Shown piece after piece: positions 37,277 through 46,239 of a stretch of DNA of 64,000 bases (positions are counted from its first letter, which is position 1; every line of letters starts with the position of its first letter). The position numbers and the translations under genes are program-made. The stretch is from an uncultured Gammaproteobacteria bacterium. Lineage in GTDB: Bacteria; Patescibacteriota; Microgenomatia; UBA12405. The notes beneath the pieces are model-generated. The model was given only the letters and a program-made list of their open reading frames with translations. It was not told where the DNA came from and ran no database searches. The stretch is from positions 43,705 to 107,704 of the forward strand of contig CAZIZX010000003.1 in NCBI GenBank assembly GCA_964544275.1, written 5' to 3'.

Positions 37277-37869
37277 CTAGTACTAAAAAATTTTGCTATT
37301 TAGAACCTGATTTTCCAAAGAATATTTTCATTGCCTTGGTATTTTTGAAACTTGACGACAACACTGTTTTGTATCCACTATTTGAGACTTTTTCGGATCT
37401 AAAGAAGTTAAGTGCTACTTTGAAAAAGTTAAAAAGACATATCGAAAAGAGAAATCCGGGTACGGATGCTTATGGAGGTTTAGTTGTGACTCTGGGATAT
37501 GATCATATCTTTCCTCTAAAAAAAGAATATTGGGATCCGCCAGAAAATCTCAATTCCAACAAAGATATTAGGATGATGGCGTTTTTGGAAATGCTAAAAG
37601 GTCCACTCTCATTCTTCTGGACAATAATTACTCCTCAATCCTACGATACTGAAACAAAAACATGGAAGTTGACGAATTGGTTGCCAATTCGGATAACTAC
37701 AACTGATAAACAAATTGAGGCATTGATAAAGTCTTCCGACCAATCAGTTGATGAAAAAGCTAAGAATGTCGGAGTGTATTCCATAATCAAGGTTCAAGGT
37801 TTTGATATTGAAGAAGGAAAGCTTGTTAAACCAAAGAGTGATTTTGAAACCCTGGTGGCAGACTGCTAA
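37273..37869 (+). CDS. hypothetical protein
   Basis: Intact 198-aa ORF overlapping the upstream stop. Confidence 0.45.
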   Translation: MTSTKKFCYLEPDFPKNIFIALVFLKLDDNTVLYPLFETFSDLKKLSATLKKLKRHIEKRNPGTDAYGGLVVTLGYDHIFPLKKEYWDPPENLNSNKDIRMMAFLEMLKGPLSFFWTIITPQSYDTETKTWKLTNWLPIRITTTDKQIEALIKSSDQSVDEKAKNVGVYSIIKVQGFDIEEGKLVKPKSDFETLVADC

Positions 37870-37906
37870 AAAAATTCTTTGATATACTTCTCTCGCCCCC
37901 ACAAAT

Positions 37907-38392
37907 ATGACTTGGTATATACACACACTTACAAAATATAGGAAAGAAATAATATCTTCAGCGATAGTATCCGTATTATTCTCCGTCACCATATTGCTTT
38001 GGCATTTTGGGCTTGGAAAAAGCTTTGTCTGGAAAAATATTGAACCAATTTCTGCTCCCGGTTTATTGGAACGTGGGTTTTACAGTGCAATCACTTACCT
38101 AACAATTGGCGCATTTTTATATTGGGTAAGGTTTTACCAATTCCTTCACGGAATAGTTGTTGGAATATTTGACGACTGGAGACTTTACAAAGATATAAAA
38201 GGGTTTATCTGGGGAGGATTAATTTTGGTGTCCTATTTTTGGGTTATTCCAAGAATAGTTGATTTTCTTAATGCAATAATTTCATTTTTCTATAATGTCC
38301 TTGGTCTCATCCTATATTCTCTTCCTTCTTTAGGTATAGCTTTGGTTTTGAGTATCCCGATCCTGGTCTTTATCTGGAAAAGTACTAGGTAG
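37907..38392 (+). CDS. polytopic small membrane protein
   Basis: Four predicted hydrophobic helices in 161 aa. Confidence 0.45.
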   Translation: MTWYIHTLTKYRKEIISSAIVSVLFSVTILLWHFGLGKSFVWKNIEPISAPGLLERGFYSAITYLTIGAFLYWVRFYQFLHGIVVGIFDDWRLYKDIKGFIWGGLILVSYFWVIPRIVDFLNAIISFFYNVLGLILYSLPSLGIALVLSIPILVFIWKSTR

Positions 38393-38481
38393 AGAGTAGA
38401 TGTAGGTAACTATGTAGATAAGTAGAGAACTGACTAGACCTTAAAACTGTGGATATATTCCAATAAAATGAGGATTCTTGG

Positions 38482-40044
38482 GTGATTTTTGTGGTATTAT
38501 TCATCATAATGAAAGTTTCGAAAAAAGAATATTCTATAGTTAGAAAATTAAAAGAGAAACGGGAAAGACTGGGATTTCCTTCTCTAAAAACAACAGAATT
38601 GTTTTCTTCGAAAATAAAAAATGACCAAGATACACCTTCAATCAACATATTAGAACAGGTATCGGCCTACTCAGAAAATGAACTAAAAATTATATTGTCG
38701 AAACTTACGGGATTACAGCTTACAGATGGCTGTAATGGACGATGTCCGTTTTGTTTTTTGGGGACAAAAAAAGGAGTTACGTCAAAATACTCCTTTGAAT
38801 CTATAAAGATGTTCTTGAATAAGTATTCAAAATACATGCCCGGAACGACTGCGTTATATTGGGATTCTGATCCTTTCGATTATGTTGATGGGAGTTTTAC
38901 TTTTACAGATGTTTATACAGTCTGGGACACATTAAAACCGAACGATCGCAAATATGTGTCTACTGCTATTCCAAGAGGCGACGAAAATAGTTTTGTTAAT
39001 TTTATTGAGTATCAATTTGTTGCTTACCTAAACAAGAAAGAACCGCTGCCATTGAGGATAAGATTGTCTTTATCTAAGTTTAATATTCAAAGAGTTGAAC
39101 TAGTTTTTAAAGAGATTATTCGATTACTTGAGAAAAAGTATCCCAAACTTTTAATAAGTAAGTTTTTAAGAAAGCATATTGTCTTAGCCAATACTTTTGA
39201 TGATGAGGTAGTCACAATCGGTGGATTAATTGATCAACACGATGACATCAAGGACATCTTTACACCTGCTTGTAAAGATGGCACGGTTATATCACCAAAG
39301 TCGATAAAAGCAGTAATGGTGACCATACCAACGAAATATGAACCGTCTGGTCAGAAACAAATAGAACTTATTCCTAAAAAAGTAGAAAATTTGGTACCAC
39401 ACTATCACCATATAATTGACCATTCTGGTTTTTTTACCAAGGACTCACTCGAGAAGAAATTGATAACTGGTCAAGTTATGTTGGATATTATTCGTAAGCA
39501 CGATGGAAACTTTTTCAACTTGGAGGACAAGATTGACAATATCATATTAAAAATGGCTAGAGAAATTGCTTCAGTCGGAAGATTGATAATTGACCTTTCT
39601 TTCTTATATTCACATCCGAAAACAATTATGAAATCTGAAGAACTTAAAAATCGATATCTTAAAGTTGTTACTCACGTTTATTTAAAAAGAAGAAAAGATG
39701 TCGTAAAGTTAATTGAAACATCTAAAAAAATACTTGATACAAAAAAAGAACCAAAAAAAGAGGAACTCCAATATTATAAGTACCTAGCAACTATTTATCT
39801 AAAAAAAATAGACTATTTAATTGAATTGATCAAGTCAAAAACACCCATTGATAGACTCAGTGCAACAGCTGATTTACTTTCTCAAATAGAAGGAAAACAT
39901 ATGGATAAGATCGATGTGATCATTAAAGGACTTCGGGAAAGCAACTTTGGTGCTATCAGTAAGATTTTTTCCAAAAATTCTAAGTATAAAGGACAACCTG
40001 CGTGGTATGAAACTGCTGAATACTTATGTTCCCAAGCTAATTAG
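38482..40044 (+). CDS. radical SAM domain protein (520 aa, long uncharacterised C-terminal extension)
   Basis: CxxxCxxC in GCNGRCPFCF. Convergent with the minus-strand rSAM operon. Confidence 0.6.
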   Translation: MIFVVLFIIMKVSKKEYSIVRKLKEKRERLGFPSLKTTELFSSKIKNDQDTPSINILEQVSAYSENELKIILSKLTGLQLTDGCNGRCPFCFLGTKKGVTSKYSFESIKMFLNKYSKYMPGTTALYWDSDPFDYVDGSFTFTDVYTVWDTLKPNDRKYVSTAIPRGDENSFVNFIEYQFVAYLNKKEPLPLRIRLSLSKFNIQRVELVFKEIIRLLEKKYPKLLISKFLRKHIVLANTFDDEVVTIGGLIDQHDDIKDIFTPACKDGTVISPKSIKAVMVTIPTKYEPSGQKQIELIPKKVENLVPHYHHIIDHSGFFTKDSLEKKLITGQVMLDIIRKHDGNFFNLEDKIDNIILKMAREIASVGRLIIDLSFLYSHPKTIMKSEELKNRYLKVVTHVYLKRRKDVVKLIETSKKILDTKKEPKKEELQYYKYLATIYLKKIDYLIELIKSKTPIDRLSATADLLSQIEGKHMDKIDVIIKGLRESNFGAISKIFSKNSKYKGQPAWYETAEYLCSQAN

Positions 40045-41224
40045 TTTTGTTATTTATTATCACTAATGGAGTCTCTGTTTCTTCTGGTGTTAATCCTCCA
40101 TGATTACCAACACAATTCCTTTTACTTTCTCCAAGCTCTTTCCACCAGAATTGATATCCAGGCTCAGGTAATATTAATATTTCTCCTATACTATCAATGT
40201 ATTGAGATGAAACATGTTTTTTGTCTATTGGATCTGTTTTTATAAAGTCACTAACTAAAACAACCTTTGCTTTATCAGCTAATGATTCTAATAGTATGTT
40301 TCTTACCTGTTCAACATAGGGTTGTTCTATATAGAGGGAGACGTCTCTTCCTGATCCGCCAGGAACTAATGGGTTATTATCAGACCCTTTTCTAAAGTAT
40401 TTTCGTATTTGATAAATATAATCATCGAGATCTAAAGTGTTAGGACAATTTATCTGTCCGTGGTCTGAACATATAATTAGTTCAATCGGTTTTTGACTGG
40501 CATCAATTGGCTTAAGAACATAACTTTCGACTAATGAAAATAAATTATCTAAAGCAAGTCCAAACTCTGTCGAGTCGTAACCGAACTTATGAGAAATTTT
40601 ATCTAATTTGTCATAATACATAAAATAATATCCTGGAGTAGTTTTATTAAGAACATCGGAAATTATGTCAGCCATTGCTGTTTCAGGTTTTGAATATCCG
40701 TTGATCTGCGAACCAACACACATGGATTTTGAGAATTCTGAATTAATCAAGTTTTCAGATAGATAAACTCTGCTTGGGACATTTATATTTTTTAATTCTA
40801 GATAAATTGTTTTTGTCGAAAAAATGTCTGAACTTTTAATACCTTTACGACTAAGCTGATTGTAAGTTGTGTCTCCGGCAAAGGAGAACATGAGCGGGGA
40901 AATGGTTCTTCCAACTAACCGGTTAAAATACAGCCACTCGGTTACCCCCGTTTGGTACACCGTCTTGCCTTGAATAGTCGATAAATGCGCTGGAGTTGAT
41001 GAAGGAAGAAGCGAATGGTTTTTGTAGATTTGACTTCGGTTTACCAAGCTCTGAAGTGAAGGTATTTGGCTAACATGTTTATCTAAGCTGTTCCAGCCGA
41101 ACCCATCAATAAATAAAAGTATGACCTTACTCTCTGTTGTAGAACTGAATATACCTTTAATATAATGGGGAAGATCACTAAAATTAAATTCAGAAATAGT
41201 GTCTGAAAGTTTACTATTTGCCAT
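40037..41224 (-). CDS. alkaline-phosphatase-superfamily type I phosphodiesterase/nucleotide pyrophosphatase-like enzyme
   Basis: LLFIDGFGW, the nucleophile region LLPSSTPAHLSTIQG (cf. T-F-P-N-H-y-S-I-v-T-G), and the metal ligand CSDHGQ. Confidence 0.6.
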   Translation of the reverse strand: MANSKLSDTISEFNFSDLPHYIKGIFSSTTESKVILLFIDGFGWNSLDKHVSQIPSLQSLVNRSQIYKNHSLLPSSTPAHLSTIQGKTVYQTGVTEWLYFNRLVGRTISPLMFSFAGDTTYNQLSRKGIKSSDIFSTKTIYLELKNINVPSRVYLSENLINSEFSKSMCVGSQINGYSKPETAMADIISDVLNKTTPGYYFMYYDKLDKISHKFGYDSTEFGLALDNLFSLVESYVLKPIDASQKPIELIICSDHGQINCPNTLDLDDYIYQIRKYFRKGSDNNPLVPGGSGRDVSLYIEQPYVEQVRNILLESLADKAKVVLVSDFIKTDPIDKKHVSSQYIDSIGEILILPEPGYQFWWKELGESKRNCVGNHGGLTPEETETPLVIINNKTN

Positions 41225-42200
41225 TTTTGATAGTCCTTAGTATTCCTTTTGCAGTTTCTATACACTTGATATAACCATCGTTATTGTAGGTCTCATTTGA
41301 CTTTAATCTTTTTATAAAATCTTCAATTTCTCTTTTATAAAGTTCATTTGAATCATCACTATAACTTTTTAGAGTTTTATTTGAGTTAATGACTTCTAAT
41401 AATACGGTCCCGTCAATCTTTGTAGACACACGGTATATATGTTTCTTTCCAACAAAACATATCTCCAACAAATCATTACCTTGGGAATAAGAAGCCGATG
41501 AAATTACGCCAATACAATTATCTAATTTAAATACCAAGGTTTCAGAGTCACGTAAACTGCAGTTTGGCTCAATTACTTTATTTATCAGAGAGTTACTAGA
41601 AACAAAAGAAAGAGGTTTGACAGATTTCTTCAAGATATATTCACAGTAGTCTATAAAGTGCATTGCTTTTTCATATGAATTTCCACCAGATAACTCATGA
41701 TCCAATTTCCACTCCTGAAAAGGGGGTGAGGAATATCTAATTGCGTGAATGTATCCAATTTCATCATCGCTAATTAATTTAACCAAGCGGTCATTAAAGT
41801 TTAAAAAACGCCATTGATACCCTATTTTTACATGTATGTTTTTATTGTCTTTAAGACATTGAATCAATTTATCTTGGTTTGCGGTTAAAGGCGGTTTTTC
41901 AACGAAGTAGCTGATATCTTTTTTAATTAGTGCTTTTTCATATTCATATCTAGCGAAAGGTGGGGTGCAAATAAATACAATGTCCGGACTTTCAGAGTTC
42001 AGCCAATCTTGAAAATCAAAGTATAGTTTTCCAAAAATATTTTGACAATAACTTAATTGCTTATTAGAATAATCTTTAAATTTTGGATTAAAACAACTCG
42101 TAATTTCTAAGCTATCTAATATTTTTTTTAAAATTGCAGCATGGGCTCTGGCTATTAATCCACTTCCAATAAATGCAATTTTAAAGCGTTGTTTAGACAT
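41214..42200 (-). CDS. Gfo/Idh/MocA-family NAD(P)-dependent oxidoreductase
   Basis: N-terminal Rossmann motif KIAFIGSGLIARAH, with the typical length and topology. Confidence 0.7.
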   Translation of the reverse strand: MSKQRFKIAFIGSGLIARAHAAILKKILDSLEITSCFNPKFKDYSNKQLSYCQNIFGKLYFDFQDWLNSESPDIVFICTPPFARYEYEKALIKKDISYFVEKPPLTANQDKLIQCLKDNKNIHVKIGYQWRFLNFNDRLVKLISDDEIGYIHAIRYSSPPFQEWKLDHELSGGNSYEKAMHFIDYCEYILKKSVKPLSFVSSNSLINKVIEPNCSLRDSETLVFKLDNCIGVISSASYSQGNDLLEICFVGKKHIYRVSTKIDGTVLLEVINSNKTLKSYSDDSNELYKREIEDFIKRLKSNETYNNDGYIKCIETAKGILRTIKNGK

Positions 42201-43507
42201 TATTGACTTAAAAATTCCTCATAAGCCCATTTTGCTAATTTTTCAAGTCTTTCTCTGGTAAGGCTGGTATTACCAGAAACATTCCGTTCGTTGTAGGATT
42301 TATTGCTGTACCACTGCCGATCGTCGATGACGATACCATATTTTTCCGGTTCATCCCCCAATGCAGTTCCCGGAAAAGGTGTTAGAAGATTAAATGAAAC
42401 CATTTGGGGATTGATTTCCTTGGCGATTTTGACAGTGTTTCTAACTGTCTCTTCTGTGTCGCCTGGTAAGCCAAAAAGAAATGAAGCATGAAGAGCTATG
42501 TTATATTCTTTTAAAATTTTAGCAGAATCTTTGAGCATATTTGGGTTTACCATCTTGTGGATATTATTTAATATTTCAGGTGAAAAAGATTCAAAACCAA
42601 CAAAAACTCGATAGCAACCAGAATCTCTCATAAGTCTTAACATCTCCCGAGTCTCTTTACTATCAATCAACCTGTCTGCTCTGATATTACATGACCATTT
42701 CAGTTTTATTCCCTGATCAATAACTTTTTTTGAAAATTCAGTAATTCTTTCTTTTTTAACCCCGAAGTCTAAATCAGAAAAAAATATTGAATCAAATCCA
42801 AGCGATAGAACTTCTTTTATTTCTTCAATAACTTTATCGATATTTCTAAATCTTAGGCACCTGTCCATTGAGCTACTTTGACAAAATAGGCATCGATTAG
42901 TGCATCCTCTTGCCGCCTGTACGATTGTTTCTTTATCCTTTTTAAGGTATTCCTTTATTGGGAATAAATGTCTTGCTGGAAAAGGCAAATTGTCTAAGTT
43001 AGTAATTGGTTTTTCATCAGGATTTTTAATAATTTTATTGTTTTCGCGATAAGTAATTCCTTTGACTTTTCGTAAATCACCATTACTGTTTAAAGTTTTT
43101 ATGAGGTTAAGTAATACGATTTCTGGTTCATATCTAATAATAAGATCAATTTCCGGATTATTTTCCATCGTCTCAAGGTCCCGAAATGTAACATGAGCTC
43201 CAGTCATTACTATCATGAGATTTGGAAATTTTATTTTTAAATCTTTGGCAAGTTGGAGGGCAAAATAAAAGTCGCGTGTTTGAAGGACGGTATTTTCTGA
43301 ATTTATTACAATAAAGTTATACTGGTTTTTCTCAATCAGTTTGAACAGCTTGGTATTAGATATATCTTTAACTGCTAAGTCAACAATGCCATGATTTATA
43401 GAGTTACTCTCTAATATTGCTGCGGCGTATGCCAAACCTAAAGGCAAGTGAGTTATTCCGAACTTTACTGGAAATCTGGAATTGATTAAAATTGGCTTTA
43501 CTGTCAT
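42200..43507 (-). CDS. B12-binding (class B) radical SAM enzyme
   Basis: N-terminal cobalamin-binding-domain pattern (LPLGLAYAAAIL...IVDL), and rSAM CxxxCxxC in GCTNRCLFCQS. Confidence 0.8.
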   Translation of the reverse strand: MTVKPILINSRFPVKFGITHLPLGLAYAAAILESNSINHGIVDLAVKDISNTKLFKLIEKNQYNFIVINSENTVLQTRDFYFALQLAKDLKIKFPNLMIVMTGAHVTFRDLETMENNPEIDLIIRYEPEIVLLNLIKTLNSNGDLRKVKGITYRENNKIIKNPDEKPITNLDNLPFPARHLFPIKEYLKKDKETIVQAARGCTNRCLFCQSSSMDRCLRFRNIDKVIEEIKEVLSLGFDSIFFSDLDFGVKKERITEFSKKVIDQGIKLKWSCNIRADRLIDSKETREMLRLMRDSGCYRVFVGFESFSPEILNNIHKMVNPNMLKDSAKILKEYNIALHASFLFGLPGDTEETVRNTVKIAKEINPQMVSFNLLTPFPGTALGDEPEKYGIVIDDRQWYSNKSYNERNVSGNTSLTRERLEKLAKWAYEEFLSQ

Positions 43508-43761
43508 TTTTCCAGCACTCCCAGTTTGTCTAATTTACTTATAAAATTTTGAAGTTCTTTCTCGACAGTTGAAGAATCAACGTCATACTTACTTACCAAT
43601 ACCGTCACTATTTCTTCACTTGTCTTTCCTTCTTTTAACAAAAGAAACATTTCACTGGCAGTTCCATTAAATTCATGAAAAAAATCCCTATCAGGATCAA
43701 AAATTAAAATTGTGTCATTTTGATTTGTTCTAACCTTAACTGAATTTGATATTTTTACCAT
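43504..43761 (-). CDS. PqqD-family peptide-binding protein (RiPP recognition element)
   Basis: TILIFDPDRDFFHEFNGTASEMFLLLKEGKTSEEIVTVLVSKYDVDSSTVEKELQNFISKLDKLGVL matches the PqqD pattern (LN.TA..IW.LLDG..T..EI...L...Y.V......DV..FL..L...GL). Confidence 0.7.
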   Translation of the reverse strand: MVKISNSVKVRTNQNDTILIFDPDRDFFHEFNGTASEMFLLLKEGKTSEEIVTVLVSKYDVDSSTVEKELQNFISKLDKLGVLEK

Positions 43762-43762
43762 A

Positions 43763-44767
43763 TTATTTTTGATTTAATAAATAATTACATCGAAAGTCTA
43801 ATCTGTTTTTATCAGCAAATGAAAACCCTTTACACCCGCCTTGACACAGCTCAACATATTTACATGATCGGCATCGAGTAGAAACAGGGAATTCTTTTTT
43901 CATAAAGTTTTTAACTTTTTTTAAAATTGAATCAAAATCTTCTTGATAAGCATTCCCGAGACTTTTCGGTAAAAAATTACATGGCTGAACGTCCCCGTTC
44001 GGTAAAATTGAAACCCAAAGTTTTCCGGCCTGGCAGATATTCTCATCAATCATTTGGTGTCGCTCAATTTTATTTAAAAAACGATGATCCATTTGTGAGA
44101 TTACTAATGGATCATGAAACCCAATAATTATCTTGTTTTGATATTTCTGTTTATAATCCCAGATCTTGTCAACAATGTCGTGATACTCAGTTGAAGTAAA
44201 GCTATATTCATCATGGATCCCGTCGGATGATGGTCTAATCATTAAAAAATCAATTTCTTCAAGTTTGTTTTCAACTGAAAATTTAATAAAATCTTCGAGA
44301 TGGTTATAGTTATGTCGATTGATAGTTGTATTTACGCCAGTTTTAAGACCGTTTTTTTGACTGTTTTTTATTCCCTCTATAGCCTTTTCCCAAGCAAAAG
44401 GTCTTCTTCTTAGATTATTATGGTATTCACTATCCAGCGAATCTAAACTGATTTGCACCTTATTTAGACCTTTTGAAAAAAGTGATTTTGCCTTATCATC
44501 TGTTAAAAAGAATCCATTCGATAAAAGAGTTAAGTAAAAACCTTTTTCATGGGCATACTGAATTATCTCTTCAAAATCTTCTCTGATTAAACTTTCTCCA
44601 TGAGTAAAAATTAGCTTAATAACTCCATGCAAAGCCAAATCGTTAATTAACTTTTTTATCTGGGATAAAGGTACGTCCGCGACAATCTTTTTGTGGACGT
44701 AACAGTGCTTACAATTAAGGTTGCATTTGTAGGTTACTCCAAAAAATATCTGGTACGGATATTTCAT
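43763..44767 (-). CDS. radical SAM/SPASM-domain peptide-modifying enzyme
   Basis: N-terminal CxxxCxxC (YKCNLNCKHCY). C-terminal SPASM cysteine cluster (CQAG...PCNF...CRSCKYVELCQGGCKG). Confidence 0.8.
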   Translation of the reverse strand: MKYPYQIFFGVTYKCNLNCKHCYVHKKIVADVPLSQIKKLINDLALHGVIKLIFTHGESLIREDFEEIIQYAHEKGFYLTLLSNGFFLTDDKAKSLFSKGLNKVQISLDSLDSEYHNNLRRRPFAWEKAIEGIKNSQKNGLKTGVNTTINRHNYNHLEDFIKFSVENKLEEIDFLMIRPSSDGIHDEYSFTSTEYHDIVDKIWDYKQKYQNKIIIGFHDPLVISQMDHRFLNKIERHQMIDENICQAGKLWVSILPNGDVQPCNFLPKSLGNAYQEDFDSILKKVKNFMKKEFPVSTRCRSCKYVELCQGGCKGFSFADKNRLDFRCNYLLNQK

Positions 44768-44790
44768 TTGTGGTGGTATTATACCAAAAA

Positions 44791-44814
44791 ATATCCGCCA
44801 TTTACGGCGGATAT
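44791..44814 (-). terminator. Perfect 9-bp stem hairpin (atatccgcc/ggcggatat) followed on the minus strand by a T5 run; candidate attenuator between precursor ORF and rSAM-SPASM gene
   Basis: The palindrome is seen directly. It lies 19 nt after the stop of the 20-codon ORF and about 25 nt before the rSAM-SPASM start. Confidence 0.45.
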
Positions 44815-44833
44815 TTCGCTCTGTTACGCTATT

Positions 44834-44896
44834 TTAGCAATGCAAACGGAGACTTCTTGTTCGGATTACGGGTTTTACCCACTTGGATTTTTGCAT
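44834..44896 (-). CDS. unannotated 20-aa ORF MQKSKWVKPVIRTRSLRLHC, candidate precursor peptide
   Basis: ATG preceded by AAAAGGAGTCAT (a consensus SD with 5-nt spacer). TAA stop. Sits immediately upstream of the rSAM-SPASM/PqqD operon on the same strand. Confidence 0.5.
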   Translation of the reverse strand: MQKSKWVKPVIRTRSLRLHC

Positions 44897-44973
44897 ATGA
44901 CTCCTTTTAGATGCTAATAACAATTACATTATACACCTTATTTTTGCTAAAATACCATATTTAAAGGCGATAT

Positions 44974-46239
44974 ATGACACTAATCAATACCTTACCACCA
45001 AAAGGCATGCGGGACTTTTATCCTGAGGACTACAGAGTAAGAGAATGGCTGTTCAAAATCTGGAGAGATACGGGCATTAAATATGGGTTTGAAATGTATG
45101 ATACTCCGGTAGTAGAGAGTCTATCACTATTAGTCAGGAAGGCTGGAGAAGAAATAACCGACCAGATTTACTATTTTAAAGATAAAAGTGACCGTGAATT
45201 GGCCTTGAGGCCTGAACAAACACCTAGTCTAGCGAGAATTGTTTTGTCCCGAGAAAATGAATGGGTATATCCACTTAAATTGTCCGCCACAGTTCAATGT
45301 TTCAGATATGAAAAAATGTCAACTGGTAGAAAAAGGGAGCATTTTCAATGGAACGTAGATATTATTGGTGATGCAACTCAATTAGCCGAGGCTGAAGTGC
45401 TATCGACTGCTGTGGAGTCTATTAAAGAAATGGGCTTAGATAGTACTGATGTGGGAATATCAGTTGGCTCCAGACAGCTAATAGCAGATTTATTAAGATC
45501 GAAGAATATCAATGAGTCTGATTATGTGAACATATTTTTAGTATTAGATAAGAAAGGTAAAGTATCAGATGAAGTACTTAAGGAAATGTTAATAGAAAAA
45601 GGTATATCAGAAGAAGATATTGGTAAAGTTTTTGAAATATTCGCTATTAAAAATTTTGAAGAGGCAAAAAAAATTGTTGGTAATAAATCACTTGGTGCCA
45701 ACCAACTGGATAATTTATTTCAGTATGCAAAACTATATGGCATTAGTGAATTTCTGGAGTTTAATATTGGGATTGTAAGGGGACTAAACTATTACACGGG
45801 AATTGTTTTTGAAGCTTTTGACAGACAGAGGAAATTTAGAGCAATATTTGGAGGAGGTCGGTACGACAACCTACTCGAATCCTTCGGAGGTAAAAAAATT
45901 CCTGCTGTTGGGTTCGGATTCGGTGATGTAGTAATTCTGGAAGTGTTAAAAGAATTAAAGAAAAATCTACCGGAAAAAAGGAAGCTGGACTACGTTGTTA
46001 CTTACTCTGATGGAAATCTCGAGAATAAGGCTATTAAATTATGTATAAGTTTGCGTAACAAGGGTAAGACTGTTTATATGATACCTGGCGAGACAAAGAT
46101 GAAAAAATCATTAGCCATGGCAGATAAGATGAATGCGGATTATGTAGACATTTTAGACCCCATAGAAATGGATCAGGGGAAATTTATCGAAAAAAACCTA
46201 AAAGAAAGAACTCAGGAAGTGTTGGACTTCATGGTGTAA
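44974..46239 (+). CDS. hisS: histidine--tRNA ligase
   Basis: Class II aaRS motifs: N-terminal LPKGMRDFYPED, motif 2 region, and motif 3 GGGRYDNL. Confidence 0.85.
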   Translation: MTLINTLPPKGMRDFYPEDYRVREWLFKIWRDTGIKYGFEMYDTPVVESLSLLVRKAGEEITDQIYYFKDKSDRELALRPEQTPSLARIVLSRENEWVYPLKLSATVQCFRYEKMSTGRKREHFQWNVDIIGDATQLAEAEVLSTAVESIKEMGLDSTDVGISVGSRQLIADLLRSKNINESDYVNIFLVLDKKGKVSDEVLKEMLIEKGISEEDIGKVFEIFAIKNFEEAKKIVGNKSLGANQLDNLFQYAKLYGISEFLEFNIGIVRGLNYYTGIVFEAFDRQRKFRAIFGGGRYDNLLESFGGKKIPAVGFGFGDVVILEVLKELKKNLPEKRKLDYVVTYSDGNLENKAIKLCISLRNKGKTVYMIPGETKMKKSLAMADKMNADYVDILDPIEMDQGKFIEKNLKERTQEVLDFMV

